DNA from: Fibrobacterales bacterium
Lineage (GTDB): Bacteria > Fibrobacterota > Fibrobacteria > Fibrobacterales > JAOPTW01
NCBI GenBank assembly: GCA_051532055.1
Contig: JAOPTX010000037.1
Span: 32,001-96,000 of the forward strand
Length of the DNA stretch: 64,000 nt
Reading direction: 5' to 3'
Below the pieces are notes generated by a model. The model was not told the origin of the DNA and searched no databases. It saw nothing but the letters and a program-made list of their open reading frames with translations. This document shows, one piece after another, positions 44,971-54,970 of the stretch. The translations under genes and the position numbers were made by a program. Numbering within the stretch: the first letter of the stretch is position 1; each line of letters opens with the position of its first letter.

Positions 44971-46965
44971 TTAAAATTCTTTAAGATTTTCGTCATCGTC
45001 CATTGGGATTATATGTTCCATTTCAGTAGGGGAAATACCCTCTTTATTTCGTGGACGAGTGGCCGGCTGGATAGTCGGTATTGTTGTCTGCTTTGGAATT
45101 GCAGCCATAGGACGTCGGGCTTGTGGTTGATTTGTTTTAGCCAGAGGCCTCTGTGAAGTCCCATGCACAATAGAGACGAGCTCACTTACCATTTCGTTCA
45201 GTAGTGCCGACTGAGCTGAAAGCTCTTCACTCGCAGATGCTGATTCTTCAGCTGTTGCAGCATTCGACTGTATAACGCCATCCATGCTGCCCACTGCATC
45301 ATTTACCTGACCAATCCCCTCGGACTGTTCTTCACTCGCTGCGGAAACCTCTGCAATGAGCTGATTTACTTTAACTACTCCCGTAGAAATATCATTGAGC
45401 AGCTGTCCCACTTCTTCACTCGCCGTTACTCCATTCTCTGCAGACTTTTGAGATTGTTCAATAAGATTTGCCGTATCATTAGCTGCTTTAGCAGAGCGCT
45501 GCGCTAAATTACGTACCTCTTCTGCAACAACAGCAAAACCTTTACCTGCCTCTCCTGCCCTTGCTGCTTCAACTGCGGCATTCAGAGCGAGAAGGTTTGT
45601 CTGAAAGGCTATTTCATTAATGTTTTTAATAATTTTTGCTGTTTCATCACTAGAGTTTTTAATATCTTGAACGACTTGAGTCATTTTAGTCATTGCATCT
45701 TGACCCGATTTAGTTGAGACTCCCGCCTCTCCTGAGATTGTATTGGCCTCTCGTGCATTTGCTGCATTTTGTTTTGTCATTGCCGACATTTCCTCAAGAG
45801 TACTCGATATTTCTTCAACGGATGACGCTTGCTCTGAAGCACCTTCAGCCATAGCCTGACTTGAACCGGATACTTGTCCTGCTGCCGCTGAAACCTGTTC
45901 TGCTCCCTGCGTAAGGCCATCGATAATCCTATTAATTGGTCCAACAATTGCTCGTGTTATAATAAACGCCAATCCAACCCCCAGTATTGCCGCAATAATT
46001 GAAAAGATAATCACCACCCACCGAGTTGATGATGCTTGCTGTATCATCTCCTCATCAGTCATCACATTTTTGATTATGAGTTCATTAATGACACCCAAAA
46101 GTTTTTGTGACTGCTGCAGTGCAGGTTTTGATTTTGCATGGAATATAGCTTGAGCTTCATCGAGCCCTTTTTCTTCTGTTTTTGCAATATCTTTTAGAGT
46201 AGAAATCGCACTACGACACCCTTCCAATGCGGCCATAGTTTCATTTTTAAATATCTCTTCGGCTTGAGCAATTGATTTGATATTTGAATTATCCCATACT
46301 GCTATTATTTTTTTAGCCGTTCCGTGTAACTTTACATGCTCTTCTTTTAGTATCCTTGCAGTCGCCGCAAACACTCCTTGCGCCTCGAGAGCTTTGCCAC
46401 CAGTTCCATAGATAAATTTACCCAGACTACACTTTGTATGATCAATAGCAACATTAAGGTTTTTCTTTTTGAAATGAATTACGTCAAAAACACTATTAGT
46501 CCACCCTAGATGATCGGCCTCTTTTTCTGCTAAAAATCCATACAGAGTTTTGTCGGCAGGGCGATAAAACTCTTGAACCTCCTTAGCAGAACTATGAAGT
46601 TCTATATGAACCTTTTCAAGGTCAGAATAATGCACCCCTAAAGTAGGCACTAATTTTTCGGCATTTCTCCTTCCCTCACCATAGAGAAATTTCCCGAGTC
46701 CACATCGAGTATGATCAGTAGTGACTGTAAGTGTTGTCACCATTGGGTCACTTACAAAATCATTCAAAGCATTCACCCAGTTTAAATGATCAACCTCACG
46801 CTGTACCATCTCCCCTCGGAGTTTATTCCCTGAGATGACCTCTTCTGCGTCATCTACAATACCACCAATACCCACAACGGCCCAGACAGCAACTACTGAA
46901 AGCAGCAATAACACAGCCCCAAAACTATAGGCGAGTTTTTTTCCAATGCTAAACCCTTGAAACAT
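44971..46965 (-). CDS. Methyl-accepting chemotaxis protein with two extracytoplasmic CZB domains
   Basis: TM1, DHLNWV...[12 protein letters not shown]...H..LH, DHLGWT...[12 protein letters not shown]...H..LH, TM2, [30 protein letters not shown]. Confidence 0.93.
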   Translation of the reverse strand: MFQGFSIGKKLAYSFGAVLLLLSVVAVWAVVGIGGIVDDAEEVISGNKLRGEMVQREVDHLNWVNALNDFVSDPMVTTLTVTTDHTRCGLGKFLYGEGRRNAEKLVPTLGVHYSDLEKVHIELHSSAKEVQEFYRPADKTLYGFLAEKEADHLGWTNSVFDVIHFKKKNLNVAIDHTKCSLGKFIYGTGGKALEAQGVFAATARILKEEHVKLHGTAKKIIAVWDNSNIKSIAQAEEIFKNETMAALEGCRSAISTLKDIAKTEEKGLDEAQAIFHAKSKPALQQSQKLLGVINELIIKNVMTDEEMIQQASSTRWVVIIFSIIAAILGVGLAFIITRAIVGPINRIIDGLTQGAEQVSAAAGQVSGSSQAMAEGASEQASSVEEISSTLEEMSAMTKQNAANAREANTISGEAGVSTKSGQDAMTKMTQVVQDIKNSSDETAKIIKNINEIAFQTNLLALNAAVEAARAGEAGKGFAVVAEEVRNLAQRSAKAANDTANLIEQSQKSAENGVTASEEVGQLLNDISTGVVKVNQLIAEVSAASEEQSEGIGQVNDAVGSMDGVIQSNAATAEESASASEELSAQSALLNEMVSELVSIVHGTSQRPLAKTNQPQARRPMAAIPKQTTIPTIQPATRPRNKEGISPTEMEHIIPMDDDENLKEF

Positions 46966-47089
46966 ATTATTACTCCAATGTATTATCTCAATACATTTAT
47001 TATCTTATAATTGCTTATCTTTTACAACTACAATAATCAACTAAGTACTCTACATTCATCATAGAAACAGTACAATGTATCTTTCAAAA

Positions 47090-48781
47090 CTAAAACTCTT
47101 TTAAATCATCATCATCATCAAACGGAATCACCTCTTCTACCTGCCGAACCTTCTTGGAGGTATATTCAGCCGGTCTCATTGCAGGTGATACACTCTTTTT
47201 AAGGGCATTATGGGGAGTTACCTGCTCAGAAATGGATCGTGAAGGCAATAAGGCCGGCTTATTGACGTACACCGGTGCTCGCTGAGCCTGCACACCAACT
47301 CCATTTCTCCCATGAATAACCCCAACTAAATCTGAAACAATTTGATTAAGCGTAGCTGCCTGAGCCGACAACTCTTCACTTGCAGAAGCAGACTCCTCTG
47401 CAGTTGCTGCATTGCCTTGTATGATACCATCCATAGCACTGACCGCATCATTTACCTGCCCAATACCCGTAGATTGCTCCTTACTTGCAGCCGAGACTTC
47501 TCCAATAAGCTGATTTACTTTATCAACCGATTCAGCAATTTTAGTCAGTAACGCCCCAACCTCTTCACTTGAGCTGACGCCACTATCCGCAGACTTTTGA
47601 GATTGCTCAATAAGATTTGCCGTATCATTTGCAGCTACAGCAGAGCGTTGTGCAAGATTGCGCACCTCTTCTGCAACAACAGCAAACCCTTTACCAGCCT
47701 CGCCTGCACGTGCCGCTTCAACAGCAGCATTCAGTGCGAGTAGATTTGTCTGAAATGCTATCTCATTAATATTTTTAATAATTTTTGCAGTCTCATCACT
47801 TGCGATTTTAATATCGTTAACCGCACTGGACATTTTCTCCATCGCTTTTTGACCTTCAGCAGTAGCAGTGCCTGCATCTACTGCAAATGTATTCGCTTGC
47901 TGAGCATTATCTGCAGTTTGCTTTGTCATTGCAGACATCTCTTCAAGAGTACTCGAAATTTCTTCGACCGAGGAGGCCTGCTCCGATGCCCCTTCTGCCA
48001 TTGTTTGACTGGAACTTGATACTTGCCCTGAAGCTGCCGACACTTGATCGGACCCTTCCGTTAGTCCTTGAATAATTCCATTGATAGGCCCGGTGACTGA
48101 ACGAGTAATGACAAAACCGAGACCCACTGCAAGAATTACACCGATAAGAATCCCAACAATCGCCTGTATTTGAGCAAAGCTGGTAAAATCAACTAAATTC
48201 CTTATTGCCTCTGTTATCTCTGCCTTTGCACCTTCTTCAATCCCCGTAATTATAACCAACATTTTTTCGCCAGTCTCATCAGCGCCTGCATCAAGCTCCT
48301 GAAGTTTCTTTTCATCTACATTTTCAGCCCCTGAAAGCTTACTCTTCATAATTTCATAAATACCTTTAATGCGTGGTTGAAACTCTGAATTATGAAACCG
48401 ATCTGCCTCGTTTACAATTTCCTTGAGACGAGTGTTTTTAGCAGAATAAAATGTTTCATTATCAATGACTGCACCCTTAAGTATCGCATCAGCAAAGGTA
48501 TCAAAGTCGACTACCAACTCTTCATGCTCCTTCCAAACACCTTCTAAGTCTTCAATATTACTTGACGCAAGAAGCTCCATGATCATCTGCATATCACGAG
48601 CAACAGAAATTTTCATCTCCATAGCTGCATCCATAAGTGGAGACGCTTCAATAATTTCTCTCGAAGTACTCTCCATATTATTTACAGAATAGAGTCCAAG
48701 GAGCCCTACGATTAAAACGACACCTGCTATTGTTAAAAATCCTGTCAATAGTTTCGCTTTTAACGATTTACTTTTGAACAT
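47090..48781 (-). CDS. Methyl-accepting chemotaxis protein with helical-bundle periplasmic sensor
   Basis: TM1, helical sensor region, TM2, canonical MCP hairpin tip, C-terminal DLKEF. Confidence 0.95.
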   Translation of the reverse strand: MFKSKSLKAKLLTGFLTIAGVVLIVGLLGLYSVNNMESTSREIIEASPLMDAAMEMKISVARDMQMIMELLASSNIEDLEGVWKEHEELVVDFDTFADAILKGAVIDNETFYSAKNTRLKEIVNEADRFHNSEFQPRIKGIYEIMKSKLSGAENVDEKKLQELDAGADETGEKMLVIITGIEEGAKAEITEAIRNLVDFTSFAQIQAIVGILIGVILAVGLGFVITRSVTGPINGIIQGLTEGSDQVSAASGQVSSSSQTMAEGASEQASSVEEISSTLEEMSAMTKQTADNAQQANTFAVDAGTATAEGQKAMEKMSSAVNDIKIASDETAKIIKNINEIAFQTNLLALNAAVEAARAGEAGKGFAVVAEEVRNLAQRSAVAANDTANLIEQSQKSADSGVSSSEEVGALLTKIAESVDKVNQLIGEVSAASKEQSTGIGQVNDAVSAMDGIIQGNAATAEESASASEELSAQAATLNQIVSDLVGVIHGRNGVGVQAQRAPVYVNKPALLPSRSISEQVTPHNALKKSVSPAMRPAEYTSKKVRQVEEVIPFDDDDDLKEF

Positions 48782-48821
48782 ACTTACCTCCTCGGTAGTA
48801 TCTATTATGATATTTAATTAT

Positions 48822-49826
48822 TTACTGCTGTTTAAGCGTCTTACGCTGGAACCCTGGTAGTTCGAGAGAGGACTCAAGTCCGATCTGGATGCCTATAGTG
48901 TTTTCACCATCCCCCTCACTCGGAAGCGTTCTGCCATATTCAAGTGCAGCAAAAAGGCCATGAGCAAATGAGAATGATCCACCAACTCCAATACGAGATC
49001 CATAGGCATCATAACTATTTTTCGTAGACATATCATACCGTGTCGCGAGTGCAAACATATCTGACACCTGATAGGCAACACCAGTATACCACCCACTCAT
49101 TTGGTCGCCATCAGTAAATTGGTAATACCCCTCAAGGTCAATAGTTAACCCTGCGATTGAAATTTCAGAACCCACTACAGCATCTTGGTACTTCTTACCC
49201 AATGAGCCTGATGCTCTAACCATCATCATTTCACTAGGAGATGCTTCGATTCCAACAAGACCTCTATAGACACCAGACGCTTCGCTCTCAACCTTTTGCA
49301 CACTAGTTCCCTCCACAACGTAACTCATTTCACCTGGTGTTGCGAGGTACACCCCACCTACAAATGGCGAGAACATTCCTGCAGAATAGACTGCAGATAT
49401 AGACGGTCCGTTCAGACCAAAATCAAGACCCTTCATAAGGGGGTCACTAATAAGGCGAGTTGAGTTGAGCCCGTGCCCAATATCATTTTGTCCCATGAGA
49501 AGCGTAAGAGGCACTTGAGAAAGTTTCCATTCCACTACTGCCGCATCTATGGCAACACTGGTGAGGCCCTCTTCACCCACTAAGGTAATAGAGGCAAGAA
49601 TGTCATTTGAAACAGGCACATTTGCAGAAAGCTCTACTGTTCCTACTTCAACGGGAGCATCTTTTAGTGCATCTGTTGGTCCACCAAAATCGATTGTAAC
49701 AACTCCACCCAGTTCCATTGCAGGTTCTAAATTAACGCTTCCTGCTCCGTTTTTATCATTAGCACTACTCACTGTAGTGCCCAAAATCATAATTCCAATA
49801 ATGGCTTTAATTTGTAAACCTTTCAT
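48822..49826 (-). CDS. Outer-membrane porin, LbtU-family-like
   Basis: Signal peptide; GTVEL.A...I.ASI.L..EE, GQ....G....RLISDPL, A.RYD, ALEY, amphipathic strands. Confidence 0.6.
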   Translation of the reverse strand: MKGLQIKAIIGIMILGTTVSSANDKNGAGSVNLEPAMELGGVVTIDFGGPTDALKDAPVEVGTVELSANVPVSNDILASITLVGEEGLTSVAIDAAVVEWKLSQVPLTLLMGQNDIGHGLNSTRLISDPLMKGLDFGLNGPSISAVYSAGMFSPFVGGVYLATPGEMSYVVEGTSVQKVESEASGVYRGLVGIEASPSEMMMVRASGSLGKKYQDAVVGSEISIAGLTIDLEGYYQFTDGDQMSGWYTGVAYQVSDMFALATRYDMSTKNSYDAYGSRIGVGGSFSFAHGLFAALEYGRTLPSEGDGENTIGIQIGLESSLELPGFQRKTLKQQ

Positions 49827-50008
49827 AATGCAATAACTCCATAAGTTTTATCTGATATTCTTACTTTTTTGTCAGAATTGCAAAGAATTTATTACCATTA
49901 TTGATATACAGGGCTAAAGAGTAACACAGTTCTCAAACTTCTCAAGTAAATGAGTACGGTGTACGTCAAAGTAATTAAATTTGATTACTAGAAATACAAG
50001 GAGGACGC

Positions 50009-50590
50009 ATGCTTACTCGATTGAATAACCTGGTTACCAATACCCTCAGTAAAGGTGTTCCGTTACTCATTTCAATAGTCCTCGCTCAAGCGGTCTATGC
50101 CATAATGATGATTACCACAATACCAACCCTTACCTCATTTGCCCAAGGTATCCTCATCTTAGACATGCAACCCTTTGGTTATAGTACCGATTATATACAA
50201 CAGCTTTTTTCTACTCTCCAAGCGGTGGGCCGCAACTATTACCTTACCGTACAACTCCCTCTTGACATGGTATACCCTGCACTCTTTGCACTCTCTAATT
50301 CAGCCCTGTTGCTCTACCTTTTTAGAAAACTGTCCTATAAGCAATTTCGATTTATCTGCTTTATCCCCATGCTCGGGGGGCTCTTTGACTATCTCGAAAA
50401 CATTTCCATTGCCCACATGCTCTTTTACTACCCCGACTTCAACCCTGCCTTTGGAGTAGTTGCAAGTATGTTCACCATAGCAAAAAGTTTTTTTACTACT
50501 GGATTCTTTTTAGTACTGATCTATTTTGTTATTCGATTGATTATACAGAGACTCACTAAGCCAAAGCATTTGATAGACATAGAGGCGTAG
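50009..50590 (+). CDS. Hypothetical four-TM membrane protein
   Basis: Strong AGGAGG SD; LD..PFGY...L...GR.YY...LPLDMVYP...FDYLEN pattern. Confidence 0.75.
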   Translation: MLTRLNNLVTNTLSKGVPLLISIVLAQAVYAIMMITTIPTLTSFAQGILILDMQPFGYSTDYIQQLFSTLQAVGRNYYLTVQLPLDMVYPALFALSNSALLLYLFRKLSYKQFRFICFIPMLGGLFDYLENISIAHMLFYYPDFNPAFGVVASMFTIAKSFFTTGFFLVLIYFVIRLIIQRLTKPKHLIDIEA

Positions 50591-50611
50591 CACCTCTACG
50601 GTATTGATTCT

Positions 50612-51010
50612 TTAAATCGTTTTTTCTCTATTTTTGGATTCAACTGCCTGTGCAAAAACGATATATCGATGATCATGTTTCAATAGATGAGTATCTAACC
50701 AATTTTCTAGCATTTCAAGAAATGAATTCAATGCACTAGCTGTATTAACAGGTTTCTCACAAAACTCGGTTAAATCTGTAAGAAGTTTATTATGAAGTTC
50801 AATATGACCTGAAACTTCAGGGAACCCAATATCTCGCATATGCTGCTCTTCAGTCGTAAAATGTTCCCGAGTGTATTTATAGAGCTTTAATATTGAACGG
50901 GTAATCTCATCCAAACCCATTGCACGGCACTCAGCAATAATGGCCATAAGCCCCTGGTGTTGCTCATCAATTTCTTTGTTACCCACTGAATATTTTATAT
51001 CCCACTGCAT
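50612..51010 (-). CDS. Single-domain bacteriohemerythrin
   Basis: W...YSVG...IDEQH, HF..EE, H...H, WL..H....D di-iron ligands. Confidence 0.93.
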   Translation of the reverse strand: MQWDIKYSVGNKEIDEQHQGLMAIIAECRAMGLDEITRSILKLYKYTREHFTTEEQHMRDIGFPEVSGHIELHNKLLTDLTEFCEKPVNTASALNSFLEMLENWLDTHLLKHDHRYIVFAQAVESKNREKTI

Positions 51011-51091
51011 AGTGCTCCCATTCCCTGAAATAACGTTTAATGACTGCTCGATTTAGTATCGCACTACTACAGCCATTAAACATCGCATTTT

Positions 51092-51346
51092 TTATACTGA
51101 CATATTTACGAGTTTTGCTTCTATACCAGAAAGAAGATTAATCTTGCGCGTAAGCTCTTCGTGCTTTTCTGCCTCACCAACGAGCTCAATAAAAATGAGC
51201 CCTGTTTGGCTACATTTATCAAGAATATTATCGTGAAGTCCGAGACGTGTTTTAATGAAACAGCCCCAAGCTGTTAATATTTTTTGTACTTCAACAGCAT
51301 TGTCAGATCTTTTATCGATTAATATTAATAGAACGTCTTTTTTCAT
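51092..51346 (-). CDS. TM1266-like ACT-domain protein (putative iron-only hydrogenase system regulator family)
   Basis: R...A.EVQKILT..GC.IKTRLGLH....CS..GLI.IEL. Confidence 0.8.
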   Translation of the reverse strand: MKKDVLLILIDKRSDNAVEVQKILTAWGCFIKTRLGLHDNILDKCSQTGLIFIELVGEAEKHEELTRKINLLSGIEAKLVNMSV

Positions 51347-51479
51347 GATTTACCTTATAGTGATGTGTATTCTGAAATGATACATTATACGAATGCATCG
51401 AGTTTACAACTTTGTAATAAGGATAGCAAGAAGTTTAGATGTTTTAACGATTGATTAAGAAAAATTCCACTTTTTATCG

Positions 51480-52130
51480 TTATTGATACTGCTTAATAAA
51501 TGCTTCGCTCATGGTGATCACCTTCCCTTCCCATATAAGATTCTTCTCTTTTTTAAGTTTGAGAATGAGACGAGATATGGTTTCGGGAGTAGTACCAATT
51601 GCAGTGGCTATATCTTTTTTTGAAAAGGAATGTTTAATCTCTGGCTTGAGTCCAAACTGATCTTTGAGAAATATCATGAGACGATCTTGCACATCGAAAC
51701 TCGTTGACTGCACTTGTTGCGAAAGGAACCGGAGTTTCTGGAGAATACCGGTAATAAAGTTGTCACGAAACTTTCTATTTTCGAGAAGGGGTAAAAAGTC
51801 ACGTTTAGGAATGAGATAGAGATAGGAGTCTTTCAGCGCTTGGCCTGACACAGGGTAGTTATCTTTTTCAAAAAGAATCGCTTCAGCAAACATCTCACCT
51901 GGCTTTGCAACCTTGACCACGACATCACGTCCTTCAGGCCCGAGTTTTGAAAGCTGTACACTTCCTGTTACGAGTATAAATACATACTCACCAATAGCGC
52001 CATCCTGAAACATCATCTCTTTTTTCTTATACCGCCGTTCTTGGCAAATATTTGCCATGAGCTCTCGGTCATCTTCGGAAAGACCTTTAAAAAGACTAAA
52101 TCGTTGTAAAATTTCACTTTTGGATATCAT
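51480..52130 (-). CDS. Crp/Fnr family transcriptional regulator (HcpR/Dnr-like, no N-terminal Cys cluster)
   Basis: cNMP-like domain (G..QL....PEGR...PGEMFAE...YP) and HTH IATAIGTTPETISR; ATG 52130 after GCAGGA. Confidence 0.93.
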   Translation of the reverse strand: MISKSEILQRFSLFKGLSEDDRELMANICQERRYKKKEMMFQDGAIGEYVFILVTGSVQLSKLGPEGRDVVVKVAKPGEMFAEAILFEKDNYPVSGQALKDSYLYLIPKRDFLPLLENRKFRDNFITGILQKLRFLSQQVQSTSFDVQDRLMIFLKDQFGLKPEIKHSFSKKDIATAIGTTPETISRLILKLKKEKNLIWEGKVITMSEAFIKQYQ

Positions 52131-52164
52131 AATAGCTGTTTCCTGCACTTAAACCGCAAATTCC

Positions 52165-52206
52165 TTGATACGAATCAATGAAAGCCCGCTGAAACAAAAG
52201 TACATT
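52165..52206 (+). promoter_or_regulatory. FNR-type box and class II promoter of the 4Fe-4S gene
   Basis: Perfect TTGAT-ACGA-ATCAA at 52165-52178; TACATT at 52201-52206 places the box centre at about -41.5. Confidence 0.85.
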
Positions 52207-52240
52207 ATATACAGACAAAACGAAATGGTAGTAACAGGTT

Positions 52241-53104
52241 ATGTTAAGAGAAATAGTACATATCGACGAAGAACTCTGTGACGGATGTGGCGATTGCGTT
52301 CCTGAGTGTCATGAAGGTGCCCTCAGAATAATTGACGGGAAAGCAGTCTTACTCACTGATCTCTCGTGTGATGGACTCGGCGCTTGCCTTGGCCATTGTC
52401 CAACCGGTGCTATTACCATTGAAGAGCGTGAAGCAGAGCCTTACAATGAAGTACTCGTTATGCGAGAGCTCATTAAAAAAGGTAAGAATGTTATTCAGGC
52501 TCACCTCGCCCATTTATGGGATCATAAACAGTATAAATTTGTCGAGCAAGGCGTAGGCTACCTCGAAGATAATGGATTCCCCGTACCAGACTATAAGGGC
52601 GAATCAAACGAAACTACAGAAACGAAACCAGCAGCACAAAAGGAGCAAACAATGGGTTGTCCAGGATCAGCATCACAGGAATTTAGCAACGAAAACGCAG
52701 GAGACACAAGCGGTAAACGCCCATCAGCACTTACTCATTGGCCTATCCAGCTCCACCTTGCATCACCACACGCACCACACTACGAAAAATCAGACCTGCT
52801 TCTTGCAGCAGACTGTGCAGCGTTTTCACATGGTGATTTCCACAAAGATTATATGACCGATAAAACTCTTGCAATCGCTTGTCCAAAATTGGATGAAGGT
52901 CAAGATAACTACATCGAAAAATTAAAGGTTATGATTGATGACGCACAGATTAACACCTTGACTGTTGCGATCATGCAAGTTCCTTGTTGTAATGGCCTTC
53001 TTGGTATTGCACAAGAAGCAGCATCACGTGCAACTCGCAAAATCCCTTTGAAACTTGTTGTATTGAGTCTTCAAGGTGATGTTCTTCGCGAAGAATGGGT
53101 TTAA
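52241..53104 (+). CDS. 2x[4Fe-4S] ferredoxin-domain protein of the family often linked to hcp
   Basis: CDGCGDC...C, CDGLGACLGHCP, GCPGS, L.HWPIQL.L, AADC, IACPKLD, M.VPCC.GL. Confidence 0.9.
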   Translation: MLREIVHIDEELCDGCGDCVPECHEGALRIIDGKAVLLTDLSCDGLGACLGHCPTGAITIEEREAEPYNEVLVMRELIKKGKNVIQAHLAHLWDHKQYKFVEQGVGYLEDNGFPVPDYKGESNETTETKPAAQKEQTMGCPGSASQEFSNENAGDTSGKRPSALTHWPIQLHLASPHAPHYEKSDLLLAADCAAFSHGDFHKDYMTDKTLAIACPKLDEGQDNYIEKLKVMIDDAQINTLTVAIMQVPCCNGLLGIAQEAASRATRKIPLKLVVLSLQGDVLREEWV

Positions 53105-53153
53105 AGAGGGTTATTTTCTCCTCTTATTCTCACTTCTAGTAGTACAGTTATTC

Positions 53154-53188
53154 ACCCTCATTAACTTTTAATAAAATTAATGAGGGTA
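53154..53188. terminator. Long hairpin, possibly a bidirectional terminator
   Basis: ACCCTCATTAA-C-TTTTA-A-TAAAA-TTAATGAGGGT. Confidence 0.6.
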
Positions 53189-53199
53189 TCTCTCTATTT

Positions 53200-53368
53200 A
53201 ACTGCTGGACTAAATGCCGCTGCTGTCCCGCAGCGAACCCGAAGGCCAGTCAGGTTCACCCCTAAACCACTCAGGATCAAACCTTCACTCCATTGAGATT
53301 GGTATGCGAGTATCTATAATAGGTCTTCTACACACCCTTTTGTGGCTGAAAACATTTCACTCACAGAT
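53200..53368 (-). ncRNA. Candidate structured ncRNA (6S-like 3' half)
   Basis: GC-rich island with abutting hairpins GAACCUGA/UCGGGUUC and GCUGC/GCAGC, 3' GCGGCAUUU, upstream TTGAAG-18-TACAAT on the minus strand, downstream hairpin. Confidence 0.35.
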
Positions 53369-53484
53369 TACAACATTGTATATTCTTAAGATACCCCCCT
53401 TCAAAAACCCCATAAATAGGGTCATCTACTTTTGACTTCTCCCTATCTTACTATCTTTCAGATAAAATAGAACAGGGGTATACA

Positions 53485-54852
53485 ATGCGTTTTTGGTTAG
53501 GTTTAATGGTCGTCGTTTCTTTGAGCTCATGTCTCAATTCTACTGATCCAGCGGAATCCTCCGACAGTTCATCAGCAGCAGTATTGAGTGGTGCCATTTC
53601 ATTCACCTACACCGTACCTACAGCAAATGTCCCTTTTACCATTGACAGTATTTCCTGCACTATTAAGAATGACAATGCCGTTATTCCACTCAGTATTGTA
53701 AATCCACAGTTTAGTGGTGAGAATATACCCTTTGAGGCTTCTGCAAATGTGGGAGATAGTTTAATTATCGAAGTTGAACTCTGGAGAGGTGATACTCTTA
53801 TTGCTACAACAGATGATTCAGCAATTATAGAAGCGTCTACCACCATTATTAGTGGTTCTATCGTCAATCACCTTCCTACTATTAACGCAGGTGCTGATCG
53901 CTCAATCTACATAAACAAAACATCAACCTTTAGAGATGCAACCGTCAATGAACCTGATGATGCCGGCTATTCCATATGGTGGAAATCTACCACTGATAGT
54001 GACTTTACGCAAAACTCCCTCACTAAGCTGTATAAAGCAATAGGAAGCGACACCATTGTACTCCTTGTTATTGATGGCTATGGTCACCGAGTTACCGACA
54101 CCCTTATTGTTTCAATTATAGACTATGACTACAGCGTAGAAACTCCGGTCTCTTCGTCATCAAGTGTCATGATAGTTTCTTCTTCAACTGTTTCGTCATC
54201 ATCAATACAGTCTTCATCATCTGTGGTACTCAGTTCTTCTTCTGCGGTAGCTGTTTCAAGTTCTTCTGTGGTTATGAGTTCTTCTGTTGCCCCGGTAACC
54301 TATGCACTTACTGTTGAGGGTGGCGCTGGAAGTGGTTCTTATCAAGCGGGTGAGGCTGTTGAGATTGTTGCCAATGCGAATGATAGTGGCGTTTGCTTTA
54401 AAGAGTGGAGTGGTGAAAATGTTCCTAACACAACCAATGATACGACTACAATTATTATGCCTGCTGCTGATAAAGCTGTGAGTGCATCTACTCATAGATG
54501 TTTTTTAATTACCTTTGATCATGATTATGGCTACTATGAAACGTACACTATGGATTGGGCTTCGAATATGTCCTTCGTTTGGCAAGATAAAAGCCCTTTG
54601 TCGCATTATCCAGATATAATTGAATGGCTCATTCCACCCATAGCATGGTATGCTGTACCAACGGTTACCTTACTTCCTAAAAATGCTTCTGGTGAATACA
54701 TAACTGTCGTGTCAACTCCAATACAAGGAGCCAGTCCCGCGCTTCAAGACACCATTACAGCAAATCTCATGGTCGCTATGCCTATTGTAATTGTAGAACC
54801 TCCGAAGTTAGAGCCAGTACTCATTATCGATACTACAGCAGTTGGCCCATAA
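53485..54852 (+). CDS. Ser-rich surface lipoprotein (PKD-like and InlB-B-like domains)
   Basis: Lipobox LSSC; NHLP.INAGADR PKD-like start; Ser/Val linker; Y.LTV.GG.GSG.Y.AG..V.I.A...F.EW. Confidence 0.75.
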   Translation: MRFWLGLMVVVSLSSCLNSTDPAESSDSSSAAVLSGAISFTYTVPTANVPFTIDSISCTIKNDNAVIPLSIVNPQFSGENIPFEASANVGDSLIIEVELWRGDTLIATTDDSAIIEASTTIISGSIVNHLPTINAGADRSIYINKTSTFRDATVNEPDDAGYSIWWKSTTDSDFTQNSLTKLYKAIGSDTIVLLVIDGYGHRVTDTLIVSIIDYDYSVETPVSSSSSVMIVSSSTVSSSSIQSSSSVVLSSSSAVAVSSSSVVMSSSVAPVTYALTVEGGAGSGSYQAGEAVEIVANANDSGVCFKEWSGENVPNTTNDTTTIIMPAADKAVSASTHRCFLITFDHDYGYYETYTMDWASNMSFVWQDKSPLSHYPDIIEWLIPPIAWYAVPTVTLLPKNASGEYITVVSTPIQGASPALQDTITANLMVAMPIVIVEPPKLEPVLIIDTTAVGP

Positions 54853-54970
54853 TATTTATTCACATAGTGCTCTCTTAAGAGGGAGCACATATTGATGATA
54901 AGACCATCCATTAAATACCTCAATACATTATTTTTACAATACACACCATACGCACTACAAAGGGCCCCTC

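Noticed and set aside
49884..49902. Fur box upstream of the LbtU-like porin
   Set aside because: Only about 12/19 match to the consensus in AT-rich DNA; not significant
53214..53435. 73-aa ORF
   Set aside because: No SD or recognisable motif; overlaps the structured element and promoter-like sequences
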